From Psychroflexus sp. (GTDB lineage: Bacteria; Bacteroidota; Bacteroidia; Flavobacteriales; Flavobacteriaceae), in assembly GCA_003565575.1 (NCBI GenBank), contig PXBV01000310.1, positions 1-35,795 of the forward strand: a stretch of 35,795 bases of DNA. Direction: 5' to 3'. A program made the position numbers and the translations under genes. Position 1 is the stretch's first letter. Every line of letters begins with the position of its first letter. Below are positions 28,416 through 35,795 of this stretch, piece by piece. Below the pieces are notes generated by a model that did no database searches, was not told where the DNA came from, and saw only the letters and a program-made list of their open reading frames with translations.

Positions 28416-28750
28416 AACTTGAATTTGAAAGCACAAAAATAGTTTTTTTATTGAATTCGGATTTATATAGTTAACTTTTCATAGCCTTAGCTCATTTTAT
28501 TTGGAGTAAGGTGGTATTCATAAACATAGTATCAAAGGTAACTATAGAATACAATGCTTTAATCACTGCCAATTTTTCTTAAACATCCCATTCAACCCAA
28601 AAACGTGTTGAGGCTTAAAAACAGCTTTACATTATAACCTCTAATTTAGATAAAATGTTCTACATCTGTTTTAAAAAAGCGTTCTTTGTATTCAACTAAA
28701 CAAACATTCGATTACAAATAAAATTCAGCCTAAAGTTTGAATTCAAATTT

Positions 28751-29725
28751 ATGAAGTTGAAAATCGACCCTTTTGTACTTTCCATTATCGTGGTAATTGT
28801 CTTAGCACATTACTTCCCAGAGTTAGCTAGCGATAATAATAGTATCCCATTAGATAGCATTGCAGGTTTGGGAATTAGCTTGATTTTCTTTTTTTATGGA
28901 CTAAAGCTTAGTAAAGACAAGATCCGTTCAGGTCTATCCAATTGGAAGCTACACTTAGTTGTGCAGCTTACCACATTTTTGCTGTTTCCACTGTTGGTAA
29001 TAAGCATTTACCCTTGGGTAGAAGGAGAGACCAACACGCAGATTTGGCTAGCATTTCTATTTTTAGCCGCTTTGCCCTCAACGGTTTCCTCTTCTGTGGT
29101 TATGGTGTCGATGGCCAAGGGAAACATTCCCGCTGCGATTTTCAATGCCAGTATATCTGGACTTATCGGGATTGTGTTAACGCCACTTTGGGTAGGCTTG
29201 TTTCTAACAGAATCGGTTGCAGATTACAGTTTGGGTGCCATTTACACCAAACTTATTTTAGAAATTCTATTGCCCGTAGTGTTGGGCTTAAGCTTACAGC
29301 GCTTTTTTGGGAAATTGGTCTCAAAACATGCTCGAGCACTTTCTTTGTTTGACAAAAGCATCATCTTACTCATTATCTACAAAAGTTTTGTACGCTCCTT
29401 CGATGAGGGCGTGTTTACCAGCGTCGGTCTCCTTGATTTAAGCGGTATTGCGTTTGGTACGCTTGGTCTGTTTTTTGTTGTATACTTCATAACAGGGCGT
29501 GTTTCTAATTACTTCGTCTTTAGCCAAGAAGACCAAATTACAGCCCAGTTTTGCGGCACCAAAAAATCCCTTGTGCACGGCACTGTCTTTTCAAAAGTTT
29601 TGTTTCCTAGCAGTATGTCTGCGGGCTTAATTCTTCTCCCACTTATGCTTTTTCATGCGTTCCAAATCCTATTCATCAGTTTTGTAGCTACCCAACGTTC
29701 CAGACGATTTCAGAAAAAAACCTAG
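28751..29725 (+). CDS. Bile acid:sodium symporter family (SBF-like) transporter
   Basis: FFFYGLKL, LPSTVSSSV, GNIPAAIFNAS.S, FCGTKKSL, PLMLFH. Confidence 0.9.
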   Translation: MKLKIDPFVLSIIVVIVLAHYFPELASDNNSIPLDSIAGLGISLIFFFYGLKLSKDKIRSGLSNWKLHLVVQLTTFLLFPLLVISIYPWVEGETNTQIWLAFLFLAALPSTVSSSVVMVSMAKGNIPAAIFNASISGLIGIVLTPLWVGLFLTESVADYSLGAIYTKLILEILLPVVLGLSLQRFFGKLVSKHARALSLFDKSIILLIIYKSFVRSFDEGVFTSVGLLDLSGIAFGTLGLFFVVYFITGRVSNYFVFSQEDQITAQFCGTKKSLVHGTVFSKVLFPSSMSAGLILLPLMLFHAFQILFISFVATQRSRRFQKKT

Positions 29726-29813
29726 CCTTCATTTTTTTAGTTATGCTGAATTTAATACGTTTTCATGACATGAAGCATCACTACCAGAACATTTTAGTAT
29801 ATAAAATTTTGAG

Positions 29814-30347
29814 CTATGGAAAATAGACAATTGTCATTTGTTGAATAACTTGAGGAACTTCTGGAATGTTCAAATCAAAATCCAACTGTAATGAAGTTTT
29901 ATTTTTGTATTCAGAAATTTCAAATGACCCTTCAGCGGCTTCAAAATACCCACTTTCACCCCTGCAAAAACACAAGCGTCCAAACAGAATTTTGGCTTGG
30001 CTCAGCATCTCATCATTTAAACTAAGGCTTCTAGTGTCTGGATGTATTTCAGCATAAATGATTTCAGAATAACCATCATCTGCTATAGCAGGATTAGAAG
30101 CCCTCTTATATTCAAATTTCAATACGGTTTTATCTCCATTTTGTACTTGAGGATACTTAGCACCAATACCGTCTGTTTTGATTTCAAGAGTTTTATGCTT
30201 TAAAATCTCAAAAGAACACATACCATCATCAGGACAGGAATTTATGTTGATTTCCTGTTGCAAATCTTTTGAGACCGAATCTTGAGTTGGTTTACAAGAC
30301 ATAAGAGTAGCGCAAAGGGTCATAAAATAAATAAATCTTAAAATCAT
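29814..30347 (-). CDS. Hypothetical lipoprotein (CPxxGxC / YSEIIY / CxC family)
   Basis: Lipobox TLMSC. Paralogous to 22840-23334. Confidence 0.78.
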   Translation of the reverse strand: MILRFIYFMTLCATLMSCKPTQDSVSKDLQQEININSCPDDGMCSFEILKHKTLEIKTDGIGAKYPQVQNGDKTVLKFEYKRASNPAIADDGYSEIIYAEIHPDTRSLSLNDEMLSQAKILFGRLCFCRGESGYFEAAEGSFEISEYKNKTSLQLDFDLNIPEVPQVIQQMTIVYFP

Positions 30348-30421
30348 AAGCAGTTGACGTAAATTAAATCAATATTATAAAATAAATGCTTAAATTGGTT
30401 TAAAATTTACTAAATTAATTC

Positions 30422-33388
30422 ATGACTAAACCTAAGTTAAAGCCCTTTTTCCTTTATCTTTTTGTCCTATTTGGTATAGCAGAAGGTTTTGCTCAGGCAT
30501 CAGAGTCACTTTGGACTAAGCTTGAAGAGTCTCCATCCAAACAATTACAAGTAAATGCACCCCTTCCAGAACAGCATTCACTATTGGTTTTAAAAGCTGA
30601 CCAACTCATTTCTTTTTTGAATGATGTGCCAAAACGAACTACAAGTATTTCTTCTTCTAAACTCATAGAGTTCCCAAATTCAAAAGGAGAATTGGAGTCT
30701 TTTATGGTGATGGAATCTTCAGTTATGACGCCAGAACTTCAGGAAAAATTTCCAAACATTAGATCTTATGTAGGAAAAAGCATAAAAAACCCCTCTTCTA
30801 TTCTCCGTTTCAGTATTTCAAAAGAAAAAGGCCTAAGCTCCATGTTACTTAATCACGGTAAGACTGTTTTTATTGAACCGCATCAACTAGAAAATGATGT
30901 CTACATAGCTTACATCAATTCTGAAACTGATCAACACAATCATGACTTTGTTTGTCAAACCGAAGCACATCCCCTAAAGGCTTTTAGCCCTAAAAAAGAA
31001 ATTGATTTTTTAAAAAATGTAGATGATGGCAGACTGAGGACCTACAGGCTTGCGCTAGCCTGTACCGTAGAATATGCCCAGTTTCATGGCGGCACTCTTT
31101 CTTCTGTAATGGCTGCTATGAACACTACCATGACCAGAGTAAATGGAGTGTATGAACGAGATTTGGGCATAAGTATGCAAATGGTAGACAACGAAAGTAT
31201 CATTTTTTTAGGCCCAGATGTAGACTCAGATCCCTTTACTAATGAGGATGGAGTTGCTATGCTGGATGAAAATCAACAAGTGATTGATGAAAACATAGGT
31301 AGTGCCAATTACGACATAGGTCACGTTTTTAGTACCGGAGGTGGTGGAGTGGCTGTATTAAGGTCTCCATGCTCCAACTCCAATAAGGCAAAGGGCGTTA
31401 CAGGACTTTCAAGCCCGGTTGGAGACCAATTTGATGTGGATTACGTTTGCCATGAGTTTGGTCATCAATTTGGAGCCAATCACACTCAAAACAACGACTG
31501 TGAACGCGCTTCACCTTCCGTAGAACCAGGAAGTGGGTCTACCATTATGGGATACGCTGGAATTTGTGCGCCAAACATTCAAGCCAATAGTGATGATTAT
31601 TTTCATGGAGAAAGCATTTTACAAATTTGGAATAATATATCTGATGGAATAAGTAGTAATTGTGGAAATGTGAGCATTACAGGCAACTCCCCTCCTTCTG
31701 CCAATGCTGGCTCCAATTATGTCATTCCAGTCTCTACTCCTTTTATTTTAAAAGGCAGTGGAACAGATCCAGATCCCAATAATGTTCTTACATTTACTTG
31801 GGAGCAAACTGATAGAACTCCAGCTCCAATGCCTCCAGAACCTACTTCCCTAAGAGGACCGCTTTTTCGTTCTATACCCCCTAGTACTTCGCCAGAACGA
31901 TTTATGCCAGCATTTAATAGTATTCTGTCTTCAAACTCTGAAGCCATTTGGGAAGTCCTTCCATCTGTAGAGCGTGATATGAATTTTATGTTAACTGTAA
32001 GGGATAATTCAATCTTAGGCGGAAATACGAGTTCAGATGAAATGACAGTCACAACCCAAGCAGGAAACCCTTTTTACGTTCAAACCCCACCAACTTGGCC
32101 CGCTGGCTCTATACAAATGCTTAAATGGATGAGGGCAGACACTCACTTGGCACCTATAAATGCCGAAACAGTAAGCGTCTATTTTTCTGAAGATGGTTTA
32201 GATTTTTCTACTGTATTGGCTTCTGGCATCCCTAATTCTGGCTCAGCTAGTATCACTATACCGCAAGTTGACAACACTACCAATGCAAGATTGCTGATTG
32301 AGGCTGATGAACATATTTTTTATAATGTAACTCAAGCATTTAGCATTGGTACGACGCCAGACTTTATGATACATCCAAAAGAGACCGTTAAAAACATTTG
32401 TAAACAAAATCAAATTGATTATGATTTTGAATTTGTTACTTCCAACGGATTTTCTGAACTTATCGATTTTAATATTTTAGGGCTCAATCAGCTTTCTTTT
32501 TCTGTATCCAACATAAACGCATCTTCAGAATTTACTTTAAGTCTTAATGAACTATCTCAGCTTGATCCCGGCTCATATGAATTTAAACTAGAAGCTAACT
32601 CTTCTTCTGTTACTAAAACTATTGACCTTAGTTTAATCATTGAAGATAAAGCATGTGTTTCTGCTGGAAATACGCTTTATGACACAAGCACAACAGACGT
32701 AAGCATTAGTAATGAAAATACAACATTACTGAATAATTCGAACTCTGGAAAACCTTCAGGATATTCAGATTTTAGAGATATTGAGGCGGACTTGGTAATT
32801 AACTCCGACTACGAATTGAACGTTAATGTAAATACGGATGGAAATTTTACTGTAAGAACCTTTGTTTGGATAGATTGGAATCAAAACTGCAGTTTTGACC
32901 CAGAAGAAAGCTATGATCTTGGTAGCGCAACTGATGTAGACAGAGGTCCAACTTCAAATACTCCTTTCACATTCACGGTACCAGCTAATGCAGTTTTAGG
33001 AAAAACAACCATGCGCGTAATTAGCAAATATGCATTTAACCCTTCTCAAATTCCATTTCCTTGTGAAAATGATTTTGATGGAGAAGTGGAAGATTATACT
33101 ATTAACGTTCTTTCAAGCTTAAATGTAAATCAAACAACAATTCAAAATATGGCTATTTACCCAAATCCTAGTGATGGGAGGTTTAAAATTGAAATAAATA
33201 CTTTGCAAAATTCTCCTATCCAGCTAACACTATTTGACCTTAAAGGGCGAACCCTAAAGCAAGAAACTCTAAATAGTTCTGGAAACTATTATGAGGACAT
33301 GGATTTAAGCCACTTAGCCTCTGGAATCTACTTATTAAAATTGAATGATGGCTCTAAAAGTTTAACTAAAAAAATCATTATTAGGTAA
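30422..33388 (+). CDS. T9SS-secreted reprolysin-like (M12) zinc metalloprotease with GEVED domain
   Basis: Signal peptide, prodomain ending in F.C, HEFGHQFGANH, Met-turn GSTIMGY, WIDWNQ...GEVEDY, type A CTD (IYPNP...GIYLLKL...KKIII). Confidence 0.92.
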   Translation: MTKPKLKPFFLYLFVLFGIAEGFAQASESLWTKLEESPSKQLQVNAPLPEQHSLLVLKADQLISFLNDVPKRTTSISSSKLIEFPNSKGELESFMVMESSVMTPELQEKFPNIRSYVGKSIKNPSSILRFSISKEKGLSSMLLNHGKTVFIEPHQLENDVYIAYINSETDQHNHDFVCQTEAHPLKAFSPKKEIDFLKNVDDGRLRTYRLALACTVEYAQFHGGTLSSVMAAMNTTMTRVNGVYERDLGISMQMVDNESIIFLGPDVDSDPFTNEDGVAMLDENQQVIDENIGSANYDIGHVFSTGGGGVAVLRSPCSNSNKAKGVTGLSSPVGDQFDVDYVCHEFGHQFGANHTQNNDCERASPSVEPGSGSTIMGYAGICAPNIQANSDDYFHGESILQIWNNISDGISSNCGNVSITGNSPPSANAGSNYVIPVSTPFILKGSGTDPDPNNVLTFTWEQTDRTPAPMPPEPTSLRGPLFRSIPPSTSPERFMPAFNSILSSNSEAIWEVLPSVERDMNFMLTVRDNSILGGNTSSDEMTVTTQAGNPFYVQTPPTWPAGSIQMLKWMRADTHLAPINAETVSVYFSEDGLDFSTVLASGIPNSGSASITIPQVDNTTNARLLIEADEHIFYNVTQAFSIGTTPDFMIHPKETVKNICKQNQIDYDFEFVTSNGFSELIDFNILGLNQLSFSVSNINASSEFTLSLNELSQLDPGSYEFKLEANSSSVTKTIDLSLIIEDKACVSAGNTLYDTSTTDVSISNENTTLLNNSNSGKPSGYSDFRDIEADLVINSDYELNVNVNTDGNFTVRTFVWIDWNQNCSFDPEESYDLGSATDVDRGPTSNTPFTFTVPANAVLGKTTMRVISKYAFNPSQIPFPCENDFDGEVEDYTINVLSSLNVNQTTIQNMAIYPNPSDGRFKIEINTLQNSPIQLTLFDLKGRTLKQETLNSSGNYYEDMDLSHLASGIYLLKLNDGSKSLTKKIIIR

Positions 33389-33448
33389 TTTAAACAAATG
33401 GGTGCTACATTGCTCGTTTATACATAACTTCATAAGAAGTATTAATGC

Positions 33449-34459
33449 CTAAACGGCATCAGAAGAATTATATGCTCTCAAAAAATTACCATGAACCCAT
33501 TTATTCTCATTTGAAAGTTGATGCCAGTTGCCATCTATTTCATTCACAAATACTTGATTTCCTTTATAAATCTGACCAACTGTAGGAAAGGATGTGCTAG
33601 GACCAGAACGAACATTCAAACTGGTAGCAGTTACAACATAGCGTTTCACCTCAGTTGTAAATCTGCTAGAAATCCAATGCTCTCTACTTTTAGATATTTT
33701 ATACCAATTGTTTTCTTCTTTATATACCCTTATAACTGCTCCAAGATGCAACGGCTCTCTATCTTTAGCTCTAGGATTAGTATAGTGAGAACCTGTTCTT
33801 ACATTAAGCGCATTGGCAGTAACCATAGCGTACTTAGTAATATTAGTATCTGTTTTAGTGAAGCTTTGCCGGTTAAGGTATTTTGCTACTAAAGGTAAAA
33901 AATTGTCTTTACAATCTTGCACCTTATTTCCTCCAAAAAAAGTGTCTCCTGGACAGGTTTTGTTGCCTCCAGCACCATCATTTCTTTCCCCAAAAAAATT
34001 GAACCAATGGTGGTATACAATTGAATTGGTATGAATAGGCAGGTTGAATTTTTCACAAAAAATAGCAGTAAGACCAACGATGGATTCTTTTTGCTCTTTT
34101 GTCATCTCATCTTGGCCTGCATCAAAAAATCCAAAGTTTTCTATACAAATGGCATTTTGATTATTACCAAAAATTCCTGCCGGATTATACTCCAAAGAAC
34201 GTCCTGTCAAAATAACCCCATCTGGAAAAATTGTAAAGTGCTGTCCAATATCCATCCATCCATTATTAACCGTATGATGGTGATGCATAGATTTTTGAAG
34301 CTCAAAATGATTATCCCCTTTAAAGTGATGATAGGAAGGTATGTAGGTATGATGCTGCTGAATCGCTATAACCGTTCTACCAATGCGTTTTTGAGACATC
34401 CATTGAGCAAAGGCTTCAAGAGACATTTTAATAAATCCGTATTTGGTTTCTAGATGCAT
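33449..34459 (-). CDS. N-acetylmuramoyl-L-alanine amidase (Amidase_2) with two SH3b domains
   Basis: HHT, WMDIGQHF, YHHW and KTCPG Zn-ligand motifs. SH3b repeats LNVRTG and LNVRSGPST. ATG 34459 preferred. Confidence 0.85.
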   Translation of the reverse strand: MHLETKYGFIKMSLEAFAQWMSQKRIGRTVIAIQQHHTYIPSYHHFKGDNHFELQKSMHHHHTVNNGWMDIGQHFTIFPDGVILTGRSLEYNPAGIFGNNQNAICIENFGFFDAGQDEMTKEQKESIVGLTAIFCEKFNLPIHTNSIVYHHWFNFFGERNDGAGGNKTCPGDTFFGGNKVQDCKDNFLPLVAKYLNRQSFTKTDTNITKYAMVTANALNVRTGSHYTNPRAKDREPLHLGAVIRVYKEENNWYKISKSREHWISSRFTTEVKRYVVTATSLNVRSGPSTSFPTVGQIYKGNQVFVNEIDGNWHQLSNENKWVHGNFLRAYNSSDAV

Positions 34460-34742
34460 ATATCTTGAGTTTGGAAGCAATAATCATCTTTTTTAAATAG
34501 GACAAGGAACAAAATTTATTCAAACAAGTTTAGTAAATCCTTCAACTTGATCATCTAAAGTTGATCTCTGGATTATTTTTGCTATTTAAATTTTCAAATC
34601 TGAATTATCGACAAGCAATTTACTAAAATAATTCAATTTAAAAAATTGAAAATCAACATAATAAACATATTATAAGATGGTTTATTTTTGTGGATTGAGT
34701 TTTAAAACAGTAAATCATTAACTTTGAAGTTGCTACTGAACT

Positions 34743-35795
34743 TTATTGTTTTAATAGTTTCACTATTTTTTGATGATCTTTACCCTTGAGCTTCAATATA
34801 TATAGTCCACTTTTGAGCTGATCTAGTTGTAGCATTTGATTCTCAACTTTTCCTTTTTGAAGTCTTAGCCCATCAGAAGAAAAAATTTCAAAACTAAGAG
34901 GTTGACTCACCTTGCTTAAATACACAGAACTTGTAAAGGGATTGGGATAAACTGAAAGATTTTTTAATTGAACAGCATCATTTGAAAGTGTTGGGCCTAC
35001 TTCAAACACAACTGCCAAATTAATGGTGGTATCCATTTGAATAGTAATAGGATTAGTCATAAACTCTTCTCCATCAATCACAAATTTATCAAATACATAA
35101 CCTTCTGCTGGTATAGCTTCAACTGTGATTTCTTCTCCCACTTCAAAAGCAGTTTCACTATCATATTCTGGAGATATGCTACCTTCTCCAAGGATTTCTA
35201 CAAGTAGAAAAGCTTCTGTGGGTTCAGGTTCTGCATTAAAATCAAACACTCTCACTAAGCCTTTGTCATTTCCACTTTGATTGAATAAAGGCGACCCGAC
35301 AGCAAGTTTACTTCCGTCATCTGAAAGAGAAACGCTTCTGCCAGTAGAGTCTCCGGCATTTTCAGCTTCAATATCGTTTCCTAATGGATTCCAGTTATTA
35401 GCTGTGTATTCATAAACTTTAGCTACATTTCGGCTTGGTATCCCTACTGCTAAAATATGCCCTGTTGCTGATAGTGAAACACTTCCAGGAAAAACATCTA
35501 GCTCAATATCCTCTCCTTTTTTATTCCACATATTATTATCTTGTTGATACACTCTTGTTTTACCAAGATTGAATCCATCTTCGTTATAAGATAAACCTAA
35601 AGCAACGGTGGACCCATCATTAGACAAACTGATGGTATACCCTAACTCTTCGTTACTTGCTTCTGGCAAAATTGTATTTCCTTGCTTCTCCCACGTTCCA
35701 TTTACATTTTCATATATTTTCACTTTATTACCATTTCCAGCACCACTTCCACCAGCTCCAAGAGCCACTCTAGACCCATCACCAGATATGGATAA
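34743..35795 (-). CDS. T9SS cargo with FG-GAP-like beta-propeller repeats, a bacterial-repeat (InlB B-repeat-like) domain and type A CTD (5' end outside window)
   Basis: Frame stays open to the window edge (LSISGDGSRVALG). Repeats S.S.DG..(V/L)A.G and W...G..I, ITVEAIPAEGYVF, VYPNPF...GLYILKL. Confidence 0.85.
   Translation of the reverse strand, partial: LSISGDGSRVALGAGGSGAGNGNKVKIYENVNGTWEKQGNTILPEASNEELGYTISLSNDGSTVALGLSYNEDGFNLGKTRVYQQDNNMWNKKGEDIELDVFPGSVSLSATGHILAVGIPSRNVAKVYEYTANNWNPLGNDIEAENAGDSTGRSVSLSDDGSKLAVGSPLFNQSGNDKGLVRVFDFNAEPEPTEAFLLVEILGEGSISPEYDSETAFEVGEEITVEAIPAEGYVFDKFVIDGEEFMTNPITIQMDTTINLAVVFEVGPTLSNDAVQLKNLSVYPNPFTSSVYLSKVSQPLSFEIFSSDGLRLQKGKVENQMLQLDQLKSGLYILKLKGKDHQKIVKLLKQ

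Noticed and set aside
28942-29352. 136-aa same-strand alternative-frame ORF inside the symporter
   Set aside because: Fully nested, no motif, and probably a by-product of locally higher GC.
29765-29780. ATGACATGAAGCATCA, a partial match to the Crp/Fnr box
   Set aside because: Mismatched half-site lying between convergent gene ends, with no promoter to serve.
34632-34650. Inverted repeat TTCAATTT-N3-AAATTGAA upstream of the amidase
   Set aside because: Almost all A/T, single occurrence, plausible by chance.
1-35795. CRISPR arrays, tRNA/rRNA, IS elements, integrases, defence systems
   Set aside because: No repeat-spacer periodicity, no RNA-gene-like GC-rich segments, and no transposase, recombinase or nuclease motifs seen.

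Overview
AT-rich window from a Bacteroidota genome, most likely Flavobacteriaceae. This is inferred from TAnnTTTG -7 promoters, absent Shine-Dalgarno sites, a ccoN-ccoO fusion and T9SS sorting domains. In order it holds: a partial sterol-desaturase-family gene, an SDR, an ICMT-family methyltransferase, hemN-usp, an orphan GH5 lipoprotein, acetyl-CoA hydrolase/transferase plus trxA, a STAS/SEC14-like protein, gltBD, and a complete cbb3 oxidase locus (ccoI-S-NO-Q-P-G-H plus a TauE/DsbD-like gene). Then follow an ExbD-like secreted protein, two paralogous Cys-motif lipoproteins, an SRPBCC / atypical SDR / photolyase cluster, mntR-ZIP, lspA, a bile acid:Na+ symporter-family gene, a T9SS M12 metalloprotease, an amidase with two SH3b domains, and a partial T9SS beta-propeller protein. 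I found no rRNA, tRNA, CRISPR array or mobile element. The most striking non-coding signal is a recurring Crp/Fnr-type box (AACTGATnnnnGTCAT). It sits exactly 22 bp from the -7 element at hemN, ccoI and ccoS, and 43 bp at the CoA-transferase. A variant in the same 22-bp register precedes the desaturase. The regulator itself is not in the window.
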